From Octopus sinensis (Eukaryota): a stretch of DNA of 58,146 nt. Position 1 is the first letter of the stretch. Every line of letters starts with the position of its first letter. Below the pieces are notes generated by a model. It was not told the origin of the DNA and made no database searches. It worked only from the letters and a program-made list of their open reading frames with translations. Where the stretch lies: NCBI RefSeq assembly GCF_006345805.1, contig NW_021832106.1, positions 1-58,146 of the forward strand, in the 5' to 3' direction. The position numbers and the translations under genes are program-made. Of the stretch, positions 1-11,789 are shown piece after piece.

Positions 1-287
1 CTAAGTTTTGGAAAAATAATTTTGTTTTTTTACTTGCTTGGTATAAATGACTACGACTAGTTGCTCTTGAATTCAACAGAAACTTCTCAGGAGTTTATTG
101 AGGTCGGTTTCAAAGATTAAAAATCTTTTAGATAGGTCTTTTGGTCAGTGAGAAAATCTTAAAATCTATTGAGTTCGACTTGCATAGCTCCATAAACTAG
201 GAGATAAATTAAACTTAGTATTCACTTCTCGTTAATTGTAAAAAGCAATTTATAGACTTATCTACTCCCCATACATTATTTTTATGA

Positions 288-905
288 AATTTTTTTTTTC
301 AATAGACAAATTTATTGTTAATAAACGAAAAGAGTTAAAATGCGCAGCAAATCGACTGGCAATTCCCGCGCATGATGGCCAATGAGATCCTTTGAAAGAG
401 TCTGATCGACTCGTTGGGATCTTTCGTGGCAACCACGAGCTTAGATCAAAGGCGGCGGAGAAACGATAGCGTCTGCGGACCGACGACTCCAGAGGTTTCC
501 ACCGCGACTGCAGTGAATAGGTGATTCATTGCCAGGACCCGGTACTTCTTCTGTTTTGTTAGTTCCGCCTGCTTTGCAACTGAGCCCGGTTCCGCAGCGG
601 AGGCAATTAGATTCTTGGCGGAGAAAGTGTCGGAGCAGGTGGCGTCCCAGATAAGGCATTTCCCCTTTTCAAACGGGAAGATTGTCATGCCATCCGGGCG
701 CTTACCGTCGCCTCTGTCGAGCCCGACTGGTTCGAGCTCATTAGGAAACCCCGCCGTCGTTAGGGCACGGCTCACGGTGTCGTTGATGGCGGCGTGTCGT
801 GGGAAACGTCCGGCACTACGTGAGCAGGAGAGGGGATGATGGCCAAATGGGTCCACTCTTAAACCGCAGCGGCACTGGTGTGTTTTGCAAATGGGAAGTC
901 CGAGG
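288..905 (-). mobile_element. 5'-truncated CRE-like non-LTR retrotransposon 3' end (zinc knuckle + restriction-like endonuclease, RLE)
   Basis: Minus strand encodes CRCG..DPFGHHPLSC..GR..RH, RPDG..WDATCSD, KQKKY, VETSG and RLFQRISLAIMRGN. A poly(A) remnant appears as a T-run near 288-299. Confidence 0.85.
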
Positions 906-1099
906 CGGAGAAAAATATATACGAGATCGCATAATGTTTAAAAATAAATGCAAACTTTAAAAGACGAGAATGAAAAATTCAACTTATAATAAGAAATAGA
1001 ATATTTTTTCGTTTCCTGTGAAAATTAAGTGCTATCTGCTTTGTGAGTCTATACTTGCAAAAGTCTAAACAGTAAATCTTAAACAGCATTATTTAAAAA

Positions 1100-1595
1100 T
1101 ATGTAATTTGTATGTGTAACAAAAATTTTTAGTGTTTATATTGTTTACTTATTAAGTTAAATTTTTCGGTTAATTTTTTTAGCCTTTAGGTTAATAAAGT
1201 TATTTTTAGCTTAATAGAATCGCCCTAGTTATTATAATTGATTTGAAGTTTGAAAATTGAATTTTTAGTGTTAAAAAAGAGGCTTTACCTTTTTATGCCC
1301 CGCAACCACTGAAGGTTGCTTTCAATTGGACTGGTCGCATTTAAATGCTTTTTGATGTGACATGTTTATAGAACACTATCCATATGGCCATGCGGCCACT
1401 TGTTGTTTACTATTAAATTACAAGAAAAAAGCTAATCGATGTCAGTTTTAGTCTGCTACAACATTTTTATTAATGTCAGTTTTAGTCTGCACCCACGATC
1501 CTCGGGAGGTAGACTGGCTATTGCAACGGTTCTCGATCCCCGTTATCCGGGGGGAACAGTTTGGCAATCCGCCAGGCTGTAGTTGTTTAAACCAA
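1100..1595 (-). repeat. Family M dispersed repeat fused to a short RLE stub (left arm of an inverted pair)
   Basis: Reverse complement of about 3043-3570, including ggccatatggatag, cagtggttgcggggcataaaaagg and the stub reading WLLQRFSI.VIRG. Confidence 0.8.
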
Positions 1596-1880
1596 CGCAG
1601 AAGAATGGACAGGGTTTCCTACGTTTCTGCAAGGAACTGGGAAACCCATTCAAGGAAAAGGTGGCCCATGCAGAGGAATTTCGGTCGGTTATAAAGAAAT
1701 GCACTCCGATTGAGTTCCTCTGCAGAAGGAAGAGAAGGCGTTTCCGGGTTACGGTTGGGTCATCAGAAGATCACGTAGGGAGAGTACGGCTGTTGTTGGA
1801 GGCAGGGATTATCTAATTAGTTAGTTCTGACCTATCTTTCTCGGTGATCTTGGAGTTAATAAATAAATAATAAATTATTG
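1595..1880 (+). mobile_element. Extreme 3' end of an APE-type LINE (same family as 11790-12550)
   Basis: Near-identical to about 12265-12550 (TQKNGQGFLRFCKELGNP...LLLEAGII*), ending in a (taaa)n tail. Confidence 0.8.
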
Positions 1881-1902
1881 GATTAACATAGTTAGGTAAT
1901 GC

Positions 1903-2518
1903 CTATAGTCTTCTCTGAGGAATGTAGTCTAAAAGGCAAGTTCTGGAATGGAAGTTTTGGTGGAAATAGTCATTCTTGTCTACAGTGGCCCCTTCCTTCC
2001 ATGTTGGAACACCCTTGCTAGTTAGAAACAACCACCCACAAAGGAGATGGTCCCCTGATGGCGCATCATGTGAGACCTCGCCCACGTGGTCCAGTCCTGA
2101 GGAGTGGCATTGACGTAGTACAACGCATAATAACCAGCGAGGAGCCCCAAACAGACCTTCCCGAAGGCTTGTCTGAACATGAGGGCATATCTTCCTCCCT
2201 ACACTCACACCCCTCATCAAATACAATGTGCTGTTCTAATTTGGCTGCAACAATATCCAAAGGTCTTCGGTATATTCTCCGGAATATGTTGTGCTGCACA
2301 TATTTAGGTTTCGGTTCGTCCGGCGATAGGATTTGATCTCTCAGCCATTGCTGGCGCTGTGCCCGTTCGTCTTGTGTCATAAGTCTGTTCACTCGTTCTC
2401 GCTCTTCTCGCATTGGCTCTATGTTGAATGGGGGATATCGGCTCCCAGACTTGACTAATATTTCGTTCAATATTCTCCTTCTCTTCCATTCTGGAGTCGG
2501 CTCACCCGTGCCACACAT
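1903..2518 (-). CDS. NDUFB6: NADH dehydrogenase (ubiquinone) 1 beta subcomplex subunit 6; 3 exons, 26-nt introns at 2199-2224 and 2014-2039
   Basis: ERERVNRLMTQDERAQRQQWLRDQILSPDEP..NIFRRIYRRPLD matches the NDUFB6 signature. Splicing two GT-AG introns gives a TM segment (KVCLGLLAGYYALYYV), QDWT and C-terminal NDYFHQNFHSR..*. The start codon is uncertain. Confidence 0.8.
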
Positions 2519-2722
2519 GAACAGTCTTTTATAACAAAATATATATTAAAATCTTTTCAGTACAGTAAACTAATTAATTAGTTATATAAAATCATTATTT
2601 TTTATCTACCTGCAAATTCCCAAAATTTACCATATAACGACTAACTAAATATATTCTTTGGTTTCGTTTTCTATGTCAATTTTATTTGTCTATTAAATAT
2701 TTAATTTAGAACTAATTAATTC

Positions 2723-2815
2723 ACTGTCTGCCGCTGTGGCGCGAAAATCTGTCGCTTTGGATTGCACGCTCTATCGTGTAGACGTAGTGCTGGTCGCATC
2801 CCGTGCGTCATCTCG
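2723..2815 (+). mobile_element. CRE-like RLE element zinc-knuckle stub
   Basis: Reads CRCGAKICRFGLHALSCRRSAGRIP, homologous to the knuckle at about 820-880. Confidence 0.6.
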
Positions 2816-3042
2816 ACTGTTGAAAAGTGTCGGAATCACCTGAACACGTTAGTTAATGGTTAAGACGGTGATTCTGTTTTGGCTTAATTAATAATAATAA
2901 TAATTTAGAGCCTTATGCTAGAGTGAACTAACGACAGTTGTCTCCTCCTTTCTTATGCTGAAGATATTGTCATTGTTGCTAAAGACAGATTTTATGAAGA
3001 CCCATCCAAAATGGTTCAAGGAATACTTAATTTATTAACTGT

Positions 3043-3630
3043 TTGGTTTAAACAACTACAGCCTGGCGGATTGACAAACTGTTCCCCCCGGATAACGGCG
3101 ATCGAAAACCGTTGCAATAGCCAGTCTACCTCCCGAGGATCGTGGGTGCAGACTAAAACTGACATTAATTAAAATTTTCTAGCAGACTAAAACTGACATC
3201 GATTAGCTTTTTTCTTGTAATTTAATAGTAAAGAAAAAGTGGCCATATGGCCATATGGATAGTCTTCCATAAACATATCACAGTAAAAGCATTTAAATGC
3301 GACCAGTTGAGTTGAAAGCGGCCTTCAGTGGTTGCGGGGCATAAAAAGGTAAAGCCTCTTTTTTAACACTAAAAATTCAATTTTTAAACTTTAAATCAAT
3401 TATAATAACTAGGGCGATTCTATTAAGCTAAAAAATAAAAATTTAAACCTAAAAAATAACTTTATTAACCTAAAAGCTAAAAAAATTAACCGAAAAATTT
3501 AACTTAGTAACTAAACAATATAAACACTAGAACTTTTTGTTACACATACAAATTACATATTTTTCCAAATTTTCCGCTAGAAAATTTTGGTTAGATTTTA
3601 GAAAACTCTTTATCTCTTAGAAACATCTTT
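3043..3630 (+). repeat. RLE stub + family M repeat (right arm of the inverted pair around NDUFB6)
   Basis: Inverted match to 1100-1595; its distal part also matches 4230-4330. Confidence 0.8.
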
Positions 3631-3809
3631 TAGAGAACAGGTGTCTCTTGTGCTGGCAGTCTAACCCTGAAACTCGAGAGTGACAAACACGTACTCGATA
3701 ACTCAGCTGCCCGTGTTATAAGTTGAACTCATTGACAATTTTTTAATCATAAATCCAACATTTTTTAGTATAACTATGCATAACTTGAGTGGTCAGTCGA
3801 TCATGAATA

Positions 3810-4330
3810 GAAGGCACGCTGTCACAAACGGGGAATATAGATAAGAAACCTTAATTTTAATATCTGGGTAGAATCAAACGTCACCGAGAATAGGAAAATG
3901 TTGAACAGAATTTGGTAGAATTAACTAATGTGTATTGTAGCAGACGTCATTGATTAGCTTATTACTTATAATTTAATGGCCGTATGGCCATATGGATAGT
4001 AATCCATAAACCCTGCTTTCATACTACTGTAAAGAAAGTCAGGGAACGAAACAAATGTGCAGACAAGATATAAATGCAACCACTGAAGGTCGCTTGGGGC
4101 ATAAAATGGAATAGCCTCTTTTTTAACACCAAAAAATTAAATTTGCATTGAAGATCATTTTTCAAAATTCAGATCAATTATAATAAGTAGGGCGATTTTT
4201 TAAGCTAAAAAATAACAAATTAAAGCAATAAATTTTTTGTTACAAATACAAATTACAGAATTTTCTAAATTTTCTGGTAGAAAATTTTGGTTGCATCTTA
4301 GAAAACTTTTTATCTCAGAGAAACATCTTT
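3810..4330 (+). repeat. Family M copy with a LINE-derived head
   Basis: Core motifs are shared with the other M copies; 3815-3912 matches the reverse complement of about 5530-5630. Confidence 0.7.
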
Positions 4331-5084
4331 CAACTGAGCACGAATATATGCACGAGCATATATTTAAGAAATACAAAGACTCTAATAAATTTTAGTAGGC
4401 TCTAATGTTTCTTTGTAATTAACGTGTTGTGTGCATATTGCTATAAGAAGTGCAAGAAATGAGAACTATCAAGGACTCAGTCACCAATTGGAGACTCAAT
4501 ACCGATTAAAACAAATATCTGTTCACAAAATAATGAATGAGTTCCGAAAAGACAAAAAAAGAATGTTTGAGGTGGGAAAACCTTACATTTTTATTTTATT
4601 AATAATTGTTTATTTTATTGTTTTTTTAGGTCTACAAAAATAAATTTTTGGCACAATTATGCACGTTTTTTCTGTGATTGTTTTTTGTGTGCTTGTTTTT
4701 TTCCAAATACATATTTATATTGAATTTTATTTTGAAGGAATAGAACGTTATGAACTTTCATTTAATGATTTTCTAATTGAAATTTCCTGATTTTTTGGTT
4801 TATTTTGTGTTTATTCCTTTAAAATCTAATTTTTTTATTTTAAATTTTTAAATATATTTTCCGATAGTTCAAGTCTGCCTTTTCAAATTATTTAATGGAA
4901 TTATTCCAATTTGACCAATCTATTTTTTATACTTAGCATCTTTCGAATTGTGATTTGTGACACAATCTGATAGTTTCTTTTTAAACTTTTTATTGAACCT
5001 ATCCAGATTTCTTATACTTACTTTCTTAACTTTTTTTGAAAAAAAATTAATCATTTGGGGCAGAAAAGCTTTTTGAAATTTAAT

Positions 5085-5290
5085 TCAATCGGCCAGCAAC
5101 AGTTGTCGGTAAATCGGTTCAAAGTCGTCGAGTGGCTGCTTCATTCGCGGAAAATGTCAAAATTAAATTTATCTCCCCCCTGTGGAGGCCAAATCACCGG
5201 GAGCCGTTGTCTCAAAGACTAGAGGCAGAGTACGGTTGACGACTTGCACGGAAGCAAGCTAGTGTGGTCGGTGAGACGCTCCAGTGAGTC
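5085..5290 (-). mobile_element. CRE-like RLE stub
   Basis: Minus strand gives TLPLVFETT, and its 3' end (aatcggccagcaa on +) is shared with the stub at 21165. Confidence 0.55.
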
Positions 5291-5299
5291 AACATAATG

Positions 5300-6030
5300 T
5301 CCCAAAATAATTTTATCCAATTCATTTTCTGACGGCAAGACGAAGTCTTTTTCCTTCCAAAGGAAGAGTGCAGAATTAATATCACTTTTCAAAGTTGATT
5401 TTTAACAATTTTTTATTCAACCACCAAGACCACGATAAGAGTCAAACAAAAGTTACGTCATCCCGATGCACTCGACCAGGGACCTTATCTTCGCTCGTTG
5501 ATCTTTCCACGAGCCCACACAAGATCGCACAAATTCTGTTCAACATTTTCCCAGTCTCGGTGACGTTTGATTCTACCCAGATATTAAAATAAAGGTTTCT
5601 TATCTATATTCCCCGTTTGTGACAGCGTGCCGTTTTTGACGGGGCATTTGCTGACGGACCTAGATTCAGCTTGATAAGGTATTCTAGAGAAGTTGGATTG
5701 GGGCGTTGGCTATCATGTGACCAACCATCGGTTAATCTGAGGGCCTTTGTTGGGTTTCCTCGATTCGCCTCCTGTTGGACCACGATAACCGCGGACCCCA
5801 TGATCCGCAAGCGTAGGCAATACAAGGTTCGAAGTACTGGCGGTAGATATTCGCCAGAACCGGGTGCGACCCGTTTTTCCATATTCCGGATAGAGTTCGT
5901 AGTATGTTCAATTTTTGTTCGCATTTGCGAAGGAGGTTGTCCGCATGTGGGGAGAAACAGAGGTGCATGTCGAGGGTTAACAATGGCACAATTATTTCAA
6001 AATTGAGTAAATATGGCAAAAGTTTTTAAC
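5300..6030 (-). pseudogene. Degenerate LINE ORF2 C-terminal fragment (Jockey/I-like RT thumb and downstream)
   Basis: LTLDMHLCFSPHADNLLRKCEQKLNILRTL..LANIYRQYFEPCIAYACGSW is the LINE pattern LD..L.F..H...Y.....P...Y....W. Confidence 0.75.
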
Positions 6031-6208
6031 TCTGCTAATATGTATCTTTTGATCTTTTTTATTTTCTCCGTTAATTATCGTTACGAGTTCTCGATCTCTA
6101 TTTTTCACAATATGTTTTTGTGCAGATATTTCGTTGTATAATGGGTATTTTATACAACTTGAACTTGAATCTCTATCATGGGGTATTTGGATGTTTTTTT
6201 ATTAATAA

Positions 6209-6800
6209 CTAGCTCGGCAGCTCGCTTCGCTCACCGCGACCTAGCTCCTGCGGAGGGCCTGTTTCATCAAAAACTATAAGTTTATGTAGATGTATAAAAC
6301 TACCTGGTTTAATGTAACCCTATTCTATCGCCTGTTGATAAACGATGTTTGTCGCCCGTCCTTCCTTGGCATATATGAATAAATTTTTCTTTCTGCCTAC
6401 CTCGAGCATCCCACATACAGCTGTCCAAGTGAAAAGCACTCACTCTTTAAAAATAACCCAACTACCTTTAATGACTGTCCCTGGGCCTTGTTTATTGTCA
6501 TTGCAAAACTCATCCTCAAAGAATTGCAGCCTTTTAAATCTAAATGGTAATTCATCAGAAATTATCGAATTCGTGGAATATAAACATCCTCACCTCTATA
6601 CTTACCTGTTAATATCGTCGACTCTATTATGTTAGCCATCAAATTTTTGATAACTAACCTCGTTCCGTTGCATAATTAGGTGGCGCAAGATTTCGTAATA
6701 AAACCACTGGAACGCCTATCTTGAACTTTAAAAGATGATTCGGCATTCCAGAGGGATCTAGGAGTTTAAAAATTCATCTGGTTGAATTTTTAGAAAATAA
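6209..6800 (-). mobile_element. Helitron 3' end with a longer PIF1-like helicase fragment
   Basis: CTAG terminus and gagcgaagcgagc motif at 6209-6245. Minus strand encodes degraded PDEFLNS.DPSGMPNHLLKVKIGVPVVLLRNL...CNGTRL, then [19 protein letters not shown]. Confidence 0.85.
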
Positions 6801-6815
6801 CAACAAAAATAAAAA

Positions 6816-8551
6816 TCTTAATAATAAATGGTATGGTGTGGTCTGTCTGTCTGTCTGTGTGTGCACACCAACTTCAAATTGGCAATACGATGTCCTCGAC
6901 TTACATGATGAGGTCCTTAAAACCTTCCCCCCAAAAAATTAAAAAAAATTTTTCTGCGTTTTTGGTCAAAATGAACAACTACGATGTCCTCGACTTACAT
7001 GATGAGGTCCTTAAAACCTTCCCCCCCCAAAAAAATTAAAAAAAAATTTTCTGCATTTTGGTTAAAATGAAACTACGATGTCCTCGACTTACATGATGAG
7101 GTCCTTAAAACCTTCCCCCCCAAAAAATTAAAAAAAATTTTCTGCATTTTGGTTAAAATGAATAACTACGATGTCCTCGACTTACATGATGAGTCCTTAA
7201 AACCTTCCCCCCAAAAAAATTAAAAAAAATTTTCTGCATTTGGTTAAAATGAAAACTACGATGTCCTCGACTTACATGATGAGGTCCTTAAAACCTTCCC
7301 CCCCAAAAAATTAAAAAAAAATTTTCTGCATTTTGGTTAAATGAACAACTACATGTCCTCGACTTACATGATGAAGTCCTTAAAACCTTTCCCCCAAAAA
7401 ATCAAAATTATTTTCTGCATTTTGATTAAAATGAACACGCGAATGTCCCTCGACATTCATGATGAGGTCCATTAAAACCTTCAAGGCAAAAATCTCACGT
7501 ATTAAGAATATCCTTGATGAAACGACAGCGAGAATATTAACAATGATGAACTCCCAATTATTCGCGATAAAGAAATTCAATTCATCCTATGTTTTTTCTC
7601 TTTAAAATTAAATGCTATATCATTATCGACCATGAATCAAAATTAAAGCTATTATCATCTTTGACTTTGACAGAATGTGCAATCACAGATTGCACGACTT
7701 TGAATAGAGTGTGCAATTAACAGATTTTGAAAAACCACTTTGATAGTTGAAACCACATTAGCACATCATTAACACAATTTACCACCAATTGACGCACGAC
7801 CTTGAATAGAGTGTGCAACAACAGATTTTGAAAAACACTTGATAGTTGAAACCACATTAGCACCATTAACACAATTTACCACCAATTGACAGCGCAATCA
7901 GAAGAATTTGCGTAAAAATATTAACTATTTATTTGAGTTTTTCGTAAAGATAGAATTTATTTTCGGTATGCCTCTTTTCCTAAACTTTTTTTTATTCAAA
8001 ATAATTTTTTTAATAGATAACCGAAGGAGGAAAACGAAGCTGAAGAAAACGGTCAGCTTAATAAGGTAATTAATTAAATCTTTTTGTGTGTCGTTTTTTT
8101 GTGTGTCGCTTTCTTGCCTGCCGCATTTCCCCGCCTGCCGCATCTCCCCCTGCCCCATTTCCGCCAGTAAAAACAAAAAAAGAAAAAAAAGGAAATTACA
8201 AAGGAAAAATGAAAAAATAAATATAAAAAAAATAAACTACAAAAAATGAAAAAAAATTGTGCAATGACAATAAACAAGGCCCAGGGACAGTCATTAAAGG
8301 TAGTTGGGTTATTTTTAGAGAGTGAGTGCTTTTCACATGGACAGCTGTATGTGGGATGCTCGAGGGTAGGCAGAAGAAAAATTTATTCATATTGCCAAGA
8401 AGGACGGACGACAAACATCGTTTATCAACGGCGATAGAATAGGGTTACATTAAACCAGGTAGTTATCATCTACATAAACTTATAGTTGTTTGATGAAACA
8501 GGCCCTCCGCAGGAGCTAGGTCGCGGTGAGCGAAGCGAGCTGCCGAGCTAG
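6816..8551 (+). mobile_element. Non-autonomous Helitron (5'-TC...CTAG-3') with about 6 units of a 94-95 bp minisatellite
   Basis: Starts TCTTAATAATAAATGG after A and ends GCCGAGCTAG before T, with no TSD. Carries the helicase C-terminus [35 protein letters not shown]. Confidence 0.9.
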
Positions 8552-8755
8552 TAACAAATAAAAATAAATAATTAAAAACAAAAAAATAAAAAAAACAAAA
8601 AAAAAACTTTAAAAATTTGTAAAATAGTATAAACAAAAAAAATCTCTGCCGCCACGGCAACAACCTGTCTAATTTTTTTAACAGCCAATTAAGATAATGC
8701 TTAAGAGCCTTTATAGTCCGGAGATTTAGCTTAGTGACCTTGATTAGACAAACCA

Positions 8756-10907
8756 CTGGCGGAAATGGGGCAGGCGGAGATGCGGCAAGCAGAGTAGCAG
8801 CAGCCAAAAAAGCGACACACAAAAAGATTTAATCAATTACCTTAAGCTGACCGTTTTTTCTTCAGCTTCGTTTTTCCTCCTTCGGTTATCTATTGAAAAA
8901 ATTATTTTTGAATTGCACATTCTGTAATTGCACATTCTGTCAAAGTCAAATATGATAATAGCTTTAATTTTGATTCATGGTCGATAATTATTAATAATAA
9001 TAATAATGGTCGATAATGATATATGCATTTAATTTTAAAGAGAAAATCATAGGATGAATTGAATTTCTTTATCGCGAATAATTGGGAGTTCATCATTGTT
9101 AATATTCTCGCTGTCGTTTTCATCAAGGATATTTTTAATACGTGAGATTTTTGCCTCGAAGGTTTTAATGGACCTCATCATGAATGTCGAGAACATTAAC
9201 GTTGTTCATTTGAATCAAATGCAGAAAATAATTTTTTGATTTTTTGGCGGAAAGGTTTTAAGGACCTCATCATGTAAGTCGAGGACATCGTAGTTGTTCA
9301 TTTTAACCAAACTGCAGAAAATTTTTTTTTAATTTTTTCGCGGAAAGGTTTTAAGGACCTCATCATGTAAGTCGAGGACATCATAGTTGTTCATTTTAAC
9401 CAAAATGCAGAAAATATTTTTTTAATTTTTTTTTGGGGGGAAGGTTTTAAGGACCTCATCATGTAAGTCGAGAACATCGTAGTTGTTCATTTTAACCAAA
9501 ATGCAGAAAATTTTTTTTTAATTTTTTTGGAGGGAAGGTTTTAGGACCTCATCATGTAAGTCGAGGACATCGTAGTTGTTCATTTTAACCAAAATGCAGA
9601 AAATTTTTTTTTAATTTTTTTTGGGGGAAGGTTTTAAGGACCTCATCATGTAAGTCGAGGACATCGTAGTTGTTTATTTTAACCAAAATGCAGAAAATTT
9701 TTTTTTAATTTTTTTTGGGGGAAGGTTTTATGGACCTCATCATGTAAGTCGAGACATCGTAGTTGTTCATTTTAACCAAAATGCAGAAAATTTTTTTTTA
9801 TTTTTTTTGGTGTGTCTGGATCTGGCCAAAGCCTTCGATAGCGTGTGGCACCTGGGCCTACTCTCCAGAATCCATGACATCGGAGCCGGGATAAAGACCT
9901 ATCGATGGCTGGAGAGCTTCTTGTCAGGAAGACAATCATTTGTCCGCTGTGGAAACCGCCTATCGGGGTGTGTGGAACTTAGAAGGGGAGTCCCGCAGGG
10001 ATCTATCTTGAGTCCACTTCTGTTCAACCTCTTCTTGGCGGACATTCCTCTGCCGTCGACACGTACTGGCAAGCTCGTTATCTATGCTGACGATATCCTG
10101 GTCATGGATACCTCGAAAAGGATATCGCAGTCTTGGAGACGACTGAAATCATACATTGCAACGCTAAAGATGTGGACTATAGAGAAGGGTTTGACCCTAG
10201 CACCGGAGAAGAGCACCATTTCATGGTTGCGGAGAGGGAGTCGCTATGCGGAGTCTTGTGCATATGCGATGAGTAGCTATGTGATGGATCTCTCGAAAAA
10301 AAAAAAATCTTTCTTACCTGGGAGCAACCATTAACCGTCGTGGCTCGTACGTAGAGCATATAGCAAAATCAGAGAAAGAGGAGTGTGAGGATCCTCAAAA
10401 GCTTAACCAGGTTCCATCTGGATCCGGAAACGTACATCTACGTATACAAAACGTGTGTGCAGCCAGTCCTCACATATGGCTACGAGGGCTGGTACGGTAC
10501 GGCGGAGAGTGACTACCTGATCGAACAGTTGGAAAAGACAAGACGTTTCGCTATGATTTGGCTTACGGAGTACAACTTGACGGAAGGCTAAAAGACTCAC
10601 AAGAATCCTCTGTGCCCACGATCCGGATGGTCTTGGAGAATTGTCGTCAACATGACTAGTATTGGGGATACGCATGAAAGAGACCTTCGGTGCCTTGTTT
10701 TTATCTCCCCGCCGATGTTTTTCTTCCTTGTTTTTCTTTTTCTTTTCGCTCAATAAACACTATTCTATTCTATTCTTTTTTGGGGGAAGGTTTTAAGGAC
10801 TTCATCATGTAAGTCGAGGACATCGTATTGCCAATTTGAAGTTGGTGTGCACACACAGACAGACAGACAGACAGACAGACACACACCATACCATTTTATT
10901 ATTAAGA
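8756..10907 (-). mobile_element. 3'-truncated Helitron copy (about 7 array units) interrupted by a LINE
   Basis: 5' end attaaga at 10901-10907, (GTCT)n microsatellite and array units; the helicase/CTAG end is missing. Confidence 0.85.
9811..10775 (+). mobile_element. 5'-truncated LINE (RT domains 3-7 and 3' UTR) inserted in the Helitron array
   Basis: CLDLAKAFDSVWH, GVPQGSILSPLLF, YADD; AATAAA followed by a (CTATT)n tail; TSD TTTTTTGG at 9803-9810 and 10776-10783. Confidence 0.9.
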
Positions 10908-10959
10908 AAGACTAAAGAAAACTGGTCATTGGCAGATAGCCAGAGTATTGGCTCTGACT

Positions 10960-11290
10960 ATGGTTATTCGTTCTGTTAAATACCGGTGCTCAGAAGGGTC
11001 GCCGGTAACCCTTTCCATTAGTGAACCAATCCGCAGGAGTAGGCTCCGAGTAGAGGCCCCTGTATTCCTGACGTCTCAACAGCCAGGGGGACAAACACTC
11101 TGCCATTCCCAATGTAGCGTATTTCTCACCCTTTCTCTTCTCAGCCCGTTCAGACGGGGCTCTCGGATTTTCGATACTCAATTTGATATTCTGATTGGAA
11201 AAGGAGTTCACGCACGTGACGTCCTAAACCAGACCCTCTGAAAAGGAAAGATGGTCATCCCATCAGGTCTTCTGCCGTCCTCTACGAAAA
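10960..11290 (-). mobile_element. Degenerate CRE-like RLE stub
   Basis: DGRRPDGMTIFPF and AEKRKGEKYATL..FVPLAVETSG across frameshifts. Confidence 0.7.
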
Positions 11291-11373
11291 TCATGGGGTA
11301 TTAAAACTTCTTCGCCATTTTCAACTTCATATTTCCATTTTCTTCGCTTTTTATTTTTTCTCTTTATTTTTGA

Positions 11374-11780
11374 TTAAGTTAATGGAAAATACAAGGTCAG
11401 GAACAGAGCGGCCAAGCTCGATCTGATCCTCTGCCTCAGCCAAGAGGACTCGCGAGCATTCATTTTCTTCCAAGCAATAAGGATACCCAGGTCTTTCATG
11501 AAGCATGAGGTGAGCGGACCGGAAGCGTCTGATGTCTTAAAAGCTAGAGGCACGAAGAAATGCCGAGTGGCAAGATTCTTGTACTTTTTGACTTTGCGGG
11601 CTTCCGGCAAAGCAGCGGCCGAACCGGAAAAAGATGCAGATGATAATAAAGCGGATGGGGACGACGTTTCTGCACACGTGGCATCCCAGATGAAACAATT
11701 GCCATTCCAGAATGGGAAGGTAGTCATCTCATCCGGGCGTTTGCCGTCCCCTCTGTCCAATCCGGCGGGTTTTTTCACTT
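11374..11780 (-). mobile_element. CRE-like RLE stub
   Basis: PAGLDRGDGKRPDEMTTFPF..WDATCAET..ARKVKKY..PLAFKTS..WLRQRI. Confidence 0.85.
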
Positions 11781-11789
11781 GATTTTACA

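Noticed and set aside
441-839. ORFs 441-659 and 615-839, and similar antisense ORFs at 11498, 12123, 5671 and 2058
   Set aside because: They are shadow frames of genuine TE or NDUFB6 coding sequence.
3975-4005. tggccgtatgg in family M as a tRNA-like A box (SINE)
   Set aside because: It is an imperfect match, with no B box or cloverleaf downstream.
4420-4560. Cys-rich stretch LCAYCYKKC as a piggyBac or zinc-finger remnant
   Set aside because: Short, interrupted by stops and without supporting motifs.
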